NCBI GenBank assembly: GCA_951406725.2 | Contig: OX597832.1 | Span: 69,068,001 to 69,132,000, forward strand | DNA from: Octopus vulgaris | Taxonomy: Eukaryota | DNA length: 64,000 nt | Reading direction: 5' to 3' | Shown here: positions 1 to 14,309 of the stretch, piece after piece | Position numbering within the stretch: position 1 is the stretch's first letter | Layout: each line of letters begins with the position of its first letter | The notes under the pieces: model-generated | Seen by the model: only the letters and a program-made list of their open reading frames with translations | Database searches by the model: none | Told to the model about the DNA's origin: nothing | Made by a program: the position numbers and the translations under genes

Positions 1-118
1 AAAATAATATATGACAATTATTCAGTGGTCACATAGATAGAAAGACAGACAGACAGATAGATAAATAGATAGATAGAATGATAAAGATAGGTAGATTGAT
101 AGATATACTGTATGTATG

Positions 119-170
<52 letters not shown>

Positions 171-177
171 TATATAT

Positions 178-345
178 GTGGTTTGTGGTTAAGAAATTTT
201 CTTTGCAATCACATAGCTTTGGGTTCAGTCTCACTGCTCTCACCACCAAGGTATTTTACTAACACCCTGGGATGACCAGTGCCTTCTCAGTGAAATTGGT
301 AGATGAAAACTGTGTGGAAGCTTGTCATGTGTGTTTGTCCCTGTA
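178..345 (+). mobile_element. tRNA-derived SINE, family A, decayed head
   Basis: A/B-box-like gtggtttgtggttaag...gggttcagtctc and the ttggtagatgaaaactg block, shared with the copy at 15914-16300. Confidence 0.7.
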
Positions 346-424
346 TTCACCATTGCCTTCCCTGTTCTGATACTGATGGAACCAGCAAAGAAAGGACCCC
401 ATCCAATGAGAGAGAGAGAGAGCA

Positions 425-610
425 CCAAACTGGCCCTCATGCCGGTGGCACATAAAAGCACCCACTACACTCTCGGAGTGGTTGGCATTAGGAAGGGCAT
501 CCAGCTGTAGAAACTCTGCCAGATAAGATTGGAGTCTGGTTCGCCAGACCTCAGTCAAATCGTCCAACCCATGCTAGCATGGAAAGCGGACGTTAAATGA
601 TGATGATGAG
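425..610 (+). mobile_element. Retroposon 3' tail (RTE-associated, family D) ending in (GAT)n
   Basis: Sequence ggttggcattaggaagggcatccagctgtagaaac...ccaacccatgctagcatggaaagcggacgttaaatgatgatg recurs at about 7430-7610 and 52790-52947 (+), and at about 2255-2350, 3645-3800, 30230-30380 and 52330-52510 (-). Confidence 0.75.
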
Positions 611-1451
611 GGGGAGGATGATGAAGGTTTAAATGCGAGCTATTAGAAGTTCCATGCCTTTTGTAATACAGTAGATGCATGAGATTGTATGGCATGATGC
701 ATACAATCCTGAAATCATTCTGGCACAAACAATTTTGTGTGTGAGTGTGTGTATAAATATAAGCGCACATACATACATAGATACATACATATATGTATGC
801 ATGTACAAGCACACACATACACATATGCATATATTTAAGGACTAGGCTGAAAGGGGGTAAGAGAAAGATTGGGAGGTAGAAATTGAAAGAGGGGAGATAT
901 AAAGATAGAGAACAGAGATATGGGGCAATGCAGGGGAATGGAGAGGAATGGAGAACAAAGAAACAAAGAGAGTGAGAGAGAGAAAGTGAGAGAAGGGAAA
1001 GAAATAAAAAGAAGAGAAAAGATGTGAGTGGGAAGGGTGTTGGGTGGAGGGGAGTGGCTGCAAACTGAAATATTCGTTTCTATTTTTTTCCATAATGTTT
1101 TCATTATTGACACTAAAGTTAGCAATAATTAGACTTATCTTTGGTCTCCTGATGAAAAGAGGAAGCTAATGAGATTTCAATTATTGTAGTGAAACTGACA
1201 TTAATTAAGCAAATGGCTTGTTCATAAAATTCCTCTACTTAATTTAGCGACTAAAATAACATGCACAAATTAGATAATAAAGAATTAGCTTAAATCCTAT
1301 AAACACATTAACTCAGTGCTTATCAGTTTAATGTTATTATCATAATAATAATAATAATTCATATCATTACTTACCATTATTATTAATATGATTATTAAAT
1401 ACACATACATACACACACATTTGCATAATATATACGTAAGTATATATGAAC

Positions 1452-1495
<44 letters not shown>

Positions 1496-3644
1496 AGAGC
1501 CACACACACATAATATACATATAAAAACACATATGTACACATACACCTATACACACATATATACATGTACACACACAAATACATATGTATATAGACACAT
1601 ATACACATATACATATAGACTACATATATATATTACACATCAGAGAGAATGCATATATGTATACACACACACACACATACATGCATGCACACATATATAG
1701 TGCCATGCAGGAAGATGAATTTTAAACGTAGACATTAATTAAGAAATGAGTGACGAATGAAAGGAAGTTATAAATCAATAGAGATAGATACATTAAAATC
1801 AATTATATAGTGTAATTAACAACCTCCATGTAGTGTAAATGTTGTATTTATTGTGTCAGAGTCATGAAAAGAGCAAAGAGAGATGGTGATTGCAAAGTGT
1901 TAAATGAAAAACATTGCATTCTGACTGAACAGACTTAAATGAGAGAAATCAACAATAATTACCAAACTTATCGAAACTGAAAGAGCTTTATTGAGATAAT
2001 TCAGATAGGTTTGTAGTTGCTTTATTAGTTGTGTGTGAAGTTTCCATGAATTTATTTCATTTTATTCATTTATTATTTGGGAGGAGGGTGTTGTTTTGGT
2101 TTTTAATGAGGTGGAAGTGTAGGTTGTAGAACAATCTGTTGGTGCATGCTAAAGAAAACGGTCGATATTCTTTTTATGTTTCATCTCAATGCAAAAACTA
2201 GTTGTTAAATTACTTTTTACTGTTGGGCTTAATTCTAGCTTTTAAATCTCTATCATTGTCATGTAATGTCCACTTTTCCATGTTTGCATGGGTCAGATGA
2301 AATTTGTTGAGGCAGATTTTCCATAACTGGATGCCTTTCCTGTTGCCAAGCCACACCAGTTTATATTTCCCTGTGGCCAGACATGTTTTACAAGGAAGAC
2401 AGCAGAACAACATCACTTGTATGCTAGTGATGCTCATTAACGACGACCACATGATCTGTAGTGATGAGTACAACACACATGGATAGACAGCAAGATAGAT
2501 ACAATGGGCTTCTTTCAGTTTCCCTCAATCAAATCCATTCTGAAGACTTTGTTTGGATTGGAGAAATAGTAGAAGTCACATGCTGCACAGAGGAAGTGAA
2601 CCTGAGACCACATGGTTTAGAAGCAAGCTTCTTATCCGCACAGTCATGTCTGCTGCAAGTGTCATCTACAATAACCACAGGCAAGCCAAAATTATGAGAG
2701 TATTTGGTAGATGGAAACTGAAAGAAGCTCATCGCGTATATTTGTGTGTATGTGTGTATCCCCTTATCTTGACATTGTGCAGCAGTTGCAAACATGCATC
2801 AGCATAATAGAAACAGTGTTGTTTATTGTGAGTCTTCCATAGAAACATAGCTGCATTTTGCAAAGCAGGTGACGATTGGTGAGGGGGGGGGGGGCATCTG
2901 GCCACTGAAAATCTGCCTCTTCAAATACTCTGTAATCCATTCAAGTATAGAAAAGTGAGTATGATGATGATGGTGGTGATAGATGTGTAGTGTCTTAGTG
3001 TTCAGCTATGTTGGGGCCATAAGGAAGGTGAATAAAAAGCTTGATATTAGAAGAATAAGTTGTAGTCTGCAAGAAAGAAGAGTGCACTTGCATTTCGCAT
3101 GTGGTGTGGATGGGGTATGAATGAGTGTTTGATATTGTGAGAACTGATAGAAGGGATCCTCAAAAGACGCAGAAGGAATTGTTGAGCAGCATGGCAAAGT
3201 CAACAAACACCAGTGATATAGGATAACATTTTAAGTTGGTGAAGCCGCATGCACCCACAAGTGAAAACATGGCAAAACAGTTATTGAAATGGTAGCACGG
3301 AGGAAATAGTGATGGAAATTGAGATGTATGCCTACGTTGGGTCTCTTGCTAATTATATTCCAGCTCAATTTCTCTTGACTGCCCTTTCATTGCTCTTGTA
3401 TTTAGCATTTAGGCTTTTCACTATTCATTCAAAAGCATAAGATAGTTAAGAATGGGAGCTTGATCCAATCATGTCCCCAATTCCATAATATCCCATCATT
3501 CGCTTGTTTTACTCTTGTGATAGAAGTATGATACTGTGTGGTATCAAATCTTCATACCTAGCAACCCTTACTAAGTGAAAGCTAATTTAACACCTTCTCT
3601 CTCTCACTTTCACTCTCTGTATATATATATATATATGTATATGT

Positions 3645-4265
3645 CATCATCATTGTTTAACATCTCTTTTCCATGCTGGCATGGGTTGGACGGTTTAACT
3701 GAAAATAGGTAAACTAGGGAACTGTACTAGGTTTTAATCTGATTTAGTTTCTACAGCTTGATGCCCTGTCTAACACCAACCACACCAAGAGTGTAGTGGG
3801 TGCTTTGTATGTTACATTGGCACAGGTGCCAGTGACGAAACACCCGCATCGGCCATAACTGTATTTTCACTTGGCTGGACAGACCTTCTCAAGCATGGTG
3901 TATTGCCAAAGGTCTGTTATTTGTCATTTCCTCTGTGGAGGGGGTGGGCGAAGTTTGAAGGCTGCTTTCTACATGTCACTGACACAGGTACCGGGTATAT
4001 GACACCAGCATAACTATGATTTCCCTTGGCTTGACAGGTCTTCTCAATTACAGCATATTGCCCAACATTTAAAGGGTGCCTTTTACATGCCACCAGCAGG
4101 AGTGCCAGTTACATGACACTGACATCAGCCATGACTGTGGTTTCACTTGGCTTGCCGGATTTTCTCAAGCACGGCATATTGCCATAGGTCTCAGTCACAT
4201 GTCATTGCCTCCATGAGGCCCAATATTCAAAGATCATGCTTCCTCACCTCGTCACATGTCTTCCT
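3645..4265 (-). mobile_element. Family D retroposon with three internal copies of a ~110-150 bp subunit
   Basis: Reverse-complement family D tail at 3645-3800. The subunit ...ttttcacttggct...ttctcaagca..g..tattgcc recurs near 3865, 4020 and 4140. Confidence 0.65.
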
Positions 4266-4463
4266 AGGTCTCTCTCTCTCTATATATATAAGTGAGTGTG
4301 TGCACACACATACATATGTGTGTATGCATATGTATGTACTCATACTTTCCATTTCTCTTCTCTATTGCTATTAATAATTCAATCCCTAGTGACTCACATT
4401 CATGTCACTAGAAGCCATGTAAATATAACCTTTTACTTCAATTTCACTCTATACACACATGCA

Positions 4464-4511
<48 letters not shown>

Positions 4512-4639
4512 TCCACTTTTATTAAACAGAACAACTCCAGATGGTACAAATGAGTTCTCCCTCTTTGATTGTCTCACATTTTAGAGATGTCGGGCAGAAG
4601 AATAAAGAAACACAAAAAGATGACAAAAGTCCTTATGTG

Positions 4640-5900
4640 ATGACATCTCAAATGTCTACGTATTTGTGTGGTTTTAGCCGGGTTAAGTTGATATTTTCCA
4701 GTTCCATAACATATGCTTTTCAATGTTTACATTTCCTGAATAGCTCTGATCTTCTTTGTTAGTTAGAAGTCTTGATTTTGTAGGTTTTGGAGGCTTTTCC
4801 TTTTCTTTCATGTGAACAAATTATATGATTTTCTTCTATTTTTGCAGAGTTCAGATCTTCAATGATTGTACTTTTAATGCTCTTCTTTGAAACTTACCAT
4901 TTAGTTGCCAGATGTACTCAAATAATCTTGTTGTATTCCTTTGTTCTAAACGTCCAAAACAGAATGTAAGATTATATAATCTTTCCATAAATTCTCTTCT
5001 GTCATAACTATGTAACAATTACATGCTACTTTAGTTAGTTTGCCTAAACATTTCCAACACACTACTTAGATTTGCACTTTTTCTGTGAATAAACAATTTC
5101 ACTGGCTTCAAAAATTTTCATTTAAAACTTTGTATTTTTATGTGTTCAAACATTTTAACTACTTTTTTTTTAATATCTTACTCATTGTTGTTTTTATTTG
5201 AAATATGTAACTATTAATTTTCTTGTGTTCATTTGTTTCTGAACATTATCCATGTTTTTGCTGATCTTCATTTAATACCATAATGATCCACATTGCTTAG
5301 CGAAAATTAAATTAACTTCATATCATTTTTCAGCTCTGAGCTTAGGGACAAAAATCAATAGATTAAGAAAGCATCCCTGTAGAAGCAAGTTCACAAATAA
5401 CAGATTCATAATTAAAATTAACTTGATGTGCTTCAAAATTCCATGCTGTAAATTATTTCAGGGGAGATAATTTTTCTAAATGCAAATTTGATTATATAAA
5501 CAGTGCTAAACGAAAACCAGAATGCCATTACTTCATTTGGTCTAAAAGACATTCCAGAAATACCAGAGATATATTAAAAAAAATCCTGAATGCCAAATTA
5601 ACTTGTACTCGATTAAACATCTTACCTACAAGACTTAATTACATAAAAAGATTTCATTTTAATTTCATTTATATCCATTATTCTGTGTAAACAGACAGAA
5701 TATAAAATATTTTCACAGAAACATTTTTTATCAAGTGATTACTTAAGTGTTCTCATAATGTAAGTCTTCATTGTTCTCATAATTAGTTTAAAAATATTTT
5801 GGTGGGGAAAATTTGATTATCTGTTCAGTAATTTCTTGTTTACTATAATTCTTTCTGCTTTTAAATAACAGTGTTTTTTTCATTTTTTTTTTTGGCTAAA
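4640..5900 (-). mobile_element. Heavily decayed Penelope-like retroelement, 3' part with GIY-YIG region
   Basis: Minus-strand peptides MERLYNLTFCFGRLEQRNTTRLFEYIWQLN (4899-4988) and RSELFRKCKH (4723-4752) resemble the PLE endonuclease motifs K.R.YNH..SF......N.T.LS.YIW.LK and RSEL.S.CRH. Boundaries are approximate. Confidence 0.5.
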
Positions 5901-6064
5901 AGATATTCCACCATTGCCCTATCCAGGGGTTTTTCTTTCATTTTTCCCCTCCTCACAATAAAATACTGTCATTAGTTAAACACAAACACTTCACATTTCT
6001 TTGAGGAATAAGATCAGGCATGACCATTTCACGAAATGCATTCCATAGATGTTTTATCGTTTTC

Positions 6065-6420
6065 CATTTACTTGTTTCAGTCATTAGACTATGGCCATGC
6101 TGGGGCTCAACCTTCAAGAAATTTAACAAGACAATCACTTTCAGGACCAATATTTAAAAACTGTCTTTCTTCAGTCTTTCTGGCTGAACCACAAATGCTG
6201 CAGGTACATAAACTAACCCTGGTTATCAAGTGGTAGTGGTGGAGGGATACACTTGTATATGACAGACTTTCATAAAGATTCTAGCTACAAACTTCACTTG
6301 CAAGGTATTGGTCAGCTTAAAGCCAAGGTAAAAGACATTTGTCTGAGGTGCCACACATTGGGACTGAACTCAAAATCACACAATTACAAAGCAAACTTCT
6401 TAACCACACAACCACACTTA
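6065..6420 (-). mobile_element. SINE family A, diverged near-full-length copy
   Basis: Collinear with 15914-16300 (ttacttgtttcagtcatt...ggccatgctggggc...gggactgaact...cttaaccacac). Confidence 0.7.
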
Positions 6421-7114
6421 AGCTTGAAATGATTATGGATTTAGTGTGTTGCAGTAAAATAGACAAAATTTTCACTAACACAGTAAACCAGTGTTTAGAA
6501 CACAATTTGGCTATAATGGCAGGCTTCATTTTAAATAAGAAACACTTTAAAAACAAACAGGATTTATATCAAGACATCAGAGATTGTCTCAGGTGTTTTG
6601 GTATTAAAACAGCAAGGAGGCGTTTTTATTTCATTACACAATTACATTAAGAAGGAGAATCTTAGCAATTAGATGTGTCTAGAATAAAATGCTTTGCACC
6701 AAAAAAATTCTGAAACTGATTCACATTCAGAACTAATGAGAAGAAAGTTCATTAACTAACTAATCTGTTAAGCTATTACATTTTTACATGGAATAGAAAT
6801 GCTAAGATATAGCTTCCATAAAGAACAGCAGCAGAGAATTAATTTATATAGGAACATTTTTCACCAACCAGTAATTAAAACAAGTAACAGATGATAACTT
6901 GTCAGGACCCTGCCCCCCTCCACTTCTTTCTCAACTGAAACATTTTTGTTATACTTTCCAATACACTATGTTTCAATAAGATTCATCTCTGATATATGAA
7001 TGTGTGTGTGTGTGTGTGTATTGAGGGCACCAAAAACTAACGTTGCATTTCATTTAATGAGTTCAAATCAGCATGAAACATGTCACAGATGTATTTCTTG
7101 ATTCAAAATCGCTA

Positions 7115-7612
7115 ACATGGCCAATGACAGTACCACCTGACTGGCACTTGTGCCAGTGAAATGTTAAAAGCACATCTAAGCGTGATCATTGCCAGGGCCA
7201 TGGATTGGCTCCTGTGCTGGTGGCACATAAGAAGCACCATTCAGGTGTGATCATTGCCAGTGTTGCTTTACTGGCACATGTGCTGGTGGCACATGAAAAA
7301 CAACATTCAAGGGTAGTCGTTGCCAGTGCCACCAGACTGGCTCTCATGCAGGTAGCACTTAAAAACACCTTTTGAGTGGGGTCATTGCCAGAACTGCTGA
7401 ACTGGCCCTCATGCTGGTGGCATGTAAAAGCAGCCACTACACTCTCTGAGTGGTTGGCGTTAGGAAGAGCATCCAGCTGTAGGAACTTTGCCAGATCAGA
7501 CTGAGCCTGGGGCATCTTTCTGGCTCATCAGTTGTCAGTCAAATCGTCCAACCCATGTCAGCATGGAAAGCAGATGTTAAACGACAACAATGATGATGAT
7601 GATGATGATGAT
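7115..7612 (+). mobile_element. Family D retroposon with ~5 tandem ~65-bp subunits and a (GAT)n tail
   Basis: tcattgccag or tcgttgccag recurs at about 7186, 7251, 7317 and 7382, each followed by a tgctggtggca...aaagcac-like block, then the shared tail. Confidence 0.75.
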
Positions 7613-8410
7613 AATATAACTGCCATATTATTACAATGCAATAGCGGTTTCCCATTTTCAAGCAAGTTTTCTGATTCCTCAGGCAAAAAGAAAAAAAGAG
7701 TAAAAGAGCACAGTTTTGGCCTCATTCTGCTTTCAAATGTTTTTCCACTGAAAATCTGATAGTGCCATACCTCTAAGTTACAGGGACATAAACAAACTAA
7801 CACCAGTTGTCAAGCAGTGATGGCAGAGATGACAAACACAAAGACACCTGACAGGCTTCCACACAGCTTTCATCAACCAAATCCATTCACAGGACATTGA
7901 TTGGCCAAGGGCTACAGTAGAAGGCTCTTTCCCAAAGTGCCATTCCCAAAGCTATGTGGTTACAAAAAGCAGCTTCCAGACCACACAACAACCATTGCAG
8001 AGGATCTTCAGAAAATATTTGCAGACATACAATACCAATAGCTTCTTCACATGAAGAGTGTTATTCACAAAGAACTGTATAATGGCTACAAAATTTTGGA
8101 ATGGATGATTTTAGCAAAAATGCAGACAGTGATTTGTAAGGATTCAAGACAACTATAAAGATTTTTTTTCATTTGTAAGGATCCTTTGAATAATGAATTC
8201 TTTGGAGGTGTGTGTGTTTGTGTTTTATATGTTTGTAAAAGAAAATTTGTTGAAATATCTGCAGTTAGCTTCTGGAATATTTTCATGTTAAACCAAAGAC
8301 TTGATAGAAAGCAGAATGAACTGAAAGGCATCAAAAACAAAAAAATTTAACATTTTACCAACTTCCACATTTTAAAGGAATCAAATAAGAGTGGATGTTA
8401 TGGTATGAGC

Positions 8411-8411
<1 letters not shown>

Positions 8412-8476
<65 letters not shown>

Positions 8477-8512
8477 GTAATAATAATAATGATAATAATA
8501 ATAATAATAATA
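8412..8512. repeat. (TAA)n microsatellite, ~33 units
   Basis: Directly visible. It explains the poly-Asn of the 213-aa ORF. Confidence 0.98.
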
Positions 8513-8817
8513 TTCCATCATATCCAGCAAAATACGATGTGTATTTTCATATGATAATAATAAGTAGTAATATTAATAAATTACCGATATGCTTGCTCTC
8601 TCACTCTCTCCCACTCTCTTTCTCTCTCTCTCTCTCTACATACACACATATATATACACTCATACATAAGCACACACACACACACATACATACACATGCA
8701 TGCACATGCATGCGCGCACACATACTCTGTAACTGTATGCTTACATTAGTATCTGGACATGCACTTTACCAACCACCCGTATTACATGCACTCACTCACA
8801 TACACACTTACAGAGGA

Positions 8818-8849
<32 letters not shown>

Positions 8850-9279
8850 GCACACAAACACACACACACACACACACATACACACACTCACACACACAGG
8901 TCTGGCATGCTTATCTTTAAATCCAGTAACCCCTAAAAGCAATGTCATGAAATCCTCTTCTGCTTCAGAGCTGGTCGCATTATCATTATCTGATGATTCT
9001 GGAAATTTTCTTGAGCTGACATACGGAATCAATTAAACCCTCTTCTTAACTCATGCTGGCATTAGCGACAAAATTTAAATGAAATTGATTCTTCAAATAT
9101 ATTATTCATTCCTTTCAGACTTTTGCTTGTCCCTGTTGAATCAAATGCAGCCCTATTTTACTTCAATGTGTTTAAGGATCTCAATAAGAATAATAAAAGT
9201 GATTTCATTTACTTGCTTCAAGAGCATCAAATGAAGGAGGAATTTCAAAGAAGAGTAATTTAAAATGACAAGGTTTACA

Positions 9280-9331
9280 CAGAAATTGAATAAAGAAAAA
9301 TCTTCAGAAATTGAATAAAGAAAAATCTTCA
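9280..9331. repeat. Perfect 25-bp tandem duplication
   Basis: cagaaattgaataaagaaaaatctt occurs twice in tandem. Confidence 0.95.
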
Positions 9332-10344
9332 ACAAAATGAAAATTATATGAAATACACAACTGAATAAAGATTTCACCATTCTGACACACAAGGAGCTCA
9401 AACTAGGGTCAAAGAACTCGAAAATTTAAGGGTTACTTTGACTATTAAAGGAAGTGCCTTTTTTGCAATAGTAATTCTTTGATGTACAGATGTACAGGGA
9501 GAACAGAATTTTTAATTCTGACCTGTTTAACACATTTAGAGAAGACCAACTATTTCCTTTTCACTTGCATCATCCATTCTAAATGGAACGAAAGAATAAA
9601 AAACAAAACAAAGATATGGGTTTGACTAAAATTGAGTGTCTGTCCTTCAATTCATTTAGCCTCACAGACTACACACCTTTGTTGCCATATTCCCCAGATA
9701 TGGCAAAAGAAGAGCAACAACGAAGACTTTGTGATAGACGAAACTGAGAGCTGGTTCAGTCCTACACATGATAACAACTGTTTGCCACAACTCTGCAAGT
9801 CTTTAATGCTCAGATACTGAATGTGTATAAACAGAAATTGAATTCTTTGAATTGAATGTATTCCATACATTTGGACAAACAAACACAAATGAAAACAATA
9901 CCTCCGCCTTTGCTACGGTGGAGGTAATAATGCAGTACCCTGATGCAGTACTGGGTAGTAACTCTCATGTCATTCAATCTTAACTGAATGGAAGTGATAT
10001 CATGTACATGTTTTGCCTTGGAACAAAAAGATGGGGTTTGAATAATTCACCTCTGGATATGTGGGTGTTTTATTCATCATCCTTAGGGACCTTCTCAGCT
10101 GGATGGGCTACTCGACCTGTAGAAAATTCTAACTGGGTCCCACCTGCAAGATCATGGGCTGTTTATCTTGATATGAGATCACCATGTCACACACATATGG
10201 TTGTGATACATGTGTCTGGTGTACCCTTATCGGATGGGTAGTCGTGATGGGTAATTGGGCTTCATATATTTGTAACCCACTGTAACTTTGATGTTATGCA
10301 CTGTTCCCTAACACAATAATGATGATGATGATGATGATGGTGGT

Positions 10345-10690
10345 TACAAAGTTTGGTCCTGGCAGTTTTAAGGGCAAAGTGATCCTCAATTCAATTAATT
10401 TCAATATTTGATTGACTTTATCAACCTTAAAAGGATGAAAGGATAAGTTAATCTCCATGGGATTTGAACTCAGAATGAAAGGGACACAGCTAAAGACCAT
10501 AAAACATTTTTATCAATGCTCTGCTGATTCAGGCCTGAATAATTTCTGATTTAAATAGATAGCAAGATTGAGGGAAGGGTTTAGTTGATGACATCATCTT
10601 CTGTACATGACCAGCATTTTATTGTTTCAATTCTGAAAGGATGAACAGCAAAGTTGGCCTCAGCACAATTTTCAACTCAGAATGAGCTCA
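10345..10690 (-). mobile_element. Two adjacent decayed copies of SINE family B
   Basis: The core aaaggatgaa..g.aaagtt..cctc...gatttgaactcagaat occurs twice, at about 10430-10480 and 10636-10685. Confidence 0.6.
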
Positions 10691-10776
10691 GAGTTGTATC
10701 TAAATCCTGAAATTCTGTGCAATGTTGTAATCCCCAAAATACATAAGAAAGAGATGAATGCCCCTAATTCCCTTAC

Positions 10777-10968
10777 CTCACTAGCAAACTGGATCCTTTG
10801 CTCTTCTTTCTCTTGATAATCTTGTCGAAATTTACTGGCAGTTTTATTTGTCATTTGGATTTTCACATCAAGTTCTTTGTTATTCTCAACCTCATTGTCA
10901 TAAAACCTTTTCTTCTCAGCAATTTCATGTTCCTTTTGTAAAATTCGGAGCTTCAGCAAATGTATTTG
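10777..10968 (-). CDS. CCDC39: CCDC39 internal coding exon, equivalent to human exon 7
   Basis: Acceptor ttttttccattgcag|CAA and donor GAG|gtaagg bound 192 nt, phase 0/0. It encodes QIHLLKLRILQKEHEIAEKKRFYDNEVENNKELDVKIQMTNKTASKFRQDYQEKEEQRIQFASE, comparable to human ...[27 protein letters not shown]...YQDHETSRIQLKGE. It joins in frame to the 26573-26701 exon. Confidence 0.93.
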
Positions 10969-13900
10969 CTGCAATGGAAAAAAACCAAACAAAATGTAGA
11001 GAATAAAATACAGATATTTAAAAAAAAAGAAATGAAAAATGAAAAAATAGCAAACAAAATCAAGTAGACAACTGCCTAAACAAGGAATATCAACGCCAAT
11101 AGTTTTGGCATACTTAAAAAAAACGAAAATAAGTTTTATACTTTTGCAAAAATGAAAAAAAGCAAAAATCATAAATATGTAAATAATAACTTTCTTTCAA
11201 TTGAAATACATAGAAGAGGCATCTATAATTAAAAGAAAGTCGGACAACAGCATCAAAAACATATGACAACCATCTTCAAAGGAAAATGTTTTATTGGTTT
11301 TCATTTTACCTCTTTATTCTGGGGGTAGGGATAATAAAATATGGTTTTATTTAAAGAAATAGTGCCTGTAGAATATGTTGTAAAACTGTTAACTAAATGA
11401 TTTTAGGAGACAAAAAGGCAACTGCTAGACAATGTGGTGTTGGTATTAAAATGATTTCTGATACAAGTTAAAAAAAGCATTGAATGTTTCATGTAGAATC
11501 ATGGCAGTTGATTGTGTCTTGTGCACCATATATCTTAATCAATTGCAATATTTAATTTAACAATCACAAAATATTTGAATCTGGTTCAAATGAACATGTT
11601 AAAAACTCTGTTGACTTGTGGACAATTTTAATTTTTAATATCAAGACCCTTAACAAAATACTGACGAGCATGCTGTCATGACACTTCAACAAAAACTTTC
11701 ATATTTTTATCTGAAAGTTCAAAAGTTATGAACATTAAACAATGGTATTTGACATATTACTATCAGGAATGATGCACAATGCTTATGATAGAACATATTG
11801 AACATAATGCTATTTCAACTGGTAATTCAACTGTTATGAACACAACCCAATGCACCTGTGATTCAAAACAAACCAGCAGCCCTTTCCTTCATAGTTCTAA
11901 AACCAACTGACTGGATTACTATGTGATACACCACACCCCTACTGTTAACACCAATGTTTTAAGGAACAGTGCTTATTCAGAACTGGCCAACTCACCTCTC
12001 TCTCCATCAATTCTAATCTATTTATTACACATTTCTGCTGCTTCTCATTGTGTTTACTAAAGTTAATCAACTAAATGCTGAAGATATTGGACAATTAGCC
12101 AAGTGTTTGGTCATTTGTAACATCTATAAGCAAGACAAGCTGAATATTAGTATAATTTGATGGTATAATTTGCTGTTACAACCCAACAGTGAATTATTGT
12201 TCATGAATTATGTGTCAGCTTGTACATGAAATTTTCTGAAAAGTACCAATATTTCATTGAGGGGTCTTGGTTAATAGAAATATCTAAAAGGTACTTCATT
12301 AAGTTGCTTTCTATTTTGAGTTCTAATTCTGCAAGGGTCAATCTTGATTTTATTCATTCCAAGGACTTATTAGTGCAAATTATATGTTGTTCCTTCACAT
12401 TAAAGCAAAAGAAGCTTGTTGTGTGTGTGTGTATGTGTGTGCTTATTTTTGTGTTTGTGACAATTGGTATTGGCTTGTTCATGTTTCCATAACTTAGCAG
12501 TTTCACAATAGTGAGTGATAAAGTGCCAAGCTGAAAAAAATGAACACTGGGAGAATTTTTTTGACTAAACCCTTCAAGGCAAATCCCCAGCATGGCCACT
12601 GTCAAATGCCTGAAACAAATGAAAGATAATCTTGCTCACAGCATTTTCTGCTTGGAACTCCACTCTTCAAAATGATTTAGCTCATATCTCTCAGTTTCTA
12701 AATTCTTACAATATAAACATTATAATTAGAAATCATCATTATTACAATTTCAGAGGAATAGACTTCAGAATCAGCAGAGCATTAAATACAACATATTGTC
12801 ATATTTAATTCAAATCATAATTATTCCGCACAGCTTCAGTTTCTCGTCCAACAGTTCAAGTATTACAAATACAACACAATAACATTGATGCAATATAAAC
12901 TTACACTGTTTCATCTAATAAAAATCTTGATAAAAAATTTAATTCTATTCAACAAGTCTGCATCAAGTGTATGGAATATATCTCATGTTGATTTTGAGGC
13001 ATTTATTAAACACCATTTGCAGCTTATTTCTCTTTAAATGTCATCATTTGTTTTCTATAGCAAATGTACCCTTAGTGTATATTATATGACAAAAATATGT
13101 GTGTGTATATAAGATTAAGTATATATACAAAGGGACTATTCTGTTAATTTTGTTTTCTCATTTAAGTCACCAGTAAATATTCTTGGAACTTTCTTTATTG
13201 GGAAACTGTTAAGAAGGACATAGGCAAATCATCATCTGGTGCCAATTAATGATAGCCAAGCCAAAAATGCAACAAAATGCATGCACCCAGTCACACACAT
13301 GGCTGGTAAGTCCTTCACCAAACATAAAGTCAGTGAAGATCGATTCCTTTTCCCAAGAGCCAACTGTCAGTGTAATTATTTTGTCATCGTCATTATGGCC
13401 ATCATACCATTACCATTGTAACTATTGAAACTACTACCATCATCATCATCACTCCCATTGTCATTATTATCCTCCTCCTCTCCCTCCTCTTCATCATTAT
13501 TGTCACCACCCTGTCCATCACCACCACGACCACCCTAAAGACTACAAGTAATATTACTTCCCGCCACTTCCAATCCAAGCACACACACACTGCCACCAAC
13601 ACTTTAGATGTTTCTTTCCATAAGCTTGTGATTAACAGACAGAACAGTCACTTTATTTATAGTCACACATCACTTATAATCACATGATATACAGATTTTA
13701 TATGCGGAAACACACGGCAAATACACACACATTACAATACATGGTTTAGTGAGTTTAGCCAACACCACAACAACGAACATCATCGCTCTTGGACCGATGA
13801 GAATTGAACGTCGTTTTGTTGATAAATTTGGCAGCAAATGTCTAAAGAATAAACAAAAACAAAAAAGAAACTGTTTTTTTTTTTTGTTTTTGTTTTTGGA

Positions 13901-14309
13901 ATAAATGAGATTCAAAAACTGGTGACTCTGGAACAAATCTGATGATGTGACACGGATGAACGGAGAGAAACATTTCAGTCATTTACTGTAACTGTTATAC
14001 AATTATGTTGGATTCAATTAGATTCTGTTCATCCGCTCAACCATGTAAAAGAAATTAACACCAATTGTTGCTGTTGTTGCTATGTTTAGCCCAAGGTTAG
14101 CCCTATATAGGCATGGACTTGGTCAAACACAGTGCAGCTATTTCATCAGACATATTTATCTAGGATTGCCTTATCCAATGTAGTTCTTGATGTATTCAGA
14201 CTACATCCTGTAATCACATCCTTTTTTAAGACAATAAAAGAAGTAATTGGAGCAAAATTTACCCAATGATGGGGGGGGGGGGTTAAGATATAAACATAAA
14301 TACTCAACA

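Noticed and set aside
7115-7440. ~65-bp periodic array suggestive of CRISPR-like repeat-spacer structure
   Set aside because: Whole units are mutually homologous and lie inside a retroposon. The context is eukaryotic and no cas genes are present.
8395-9036. Longest ORF in the track (213 aa, poly-Asn and His/Thr-rich)
   Set aside because: It is read-through of (TAA)n, (CT)n and (CA)n microsatellites, with no domain.
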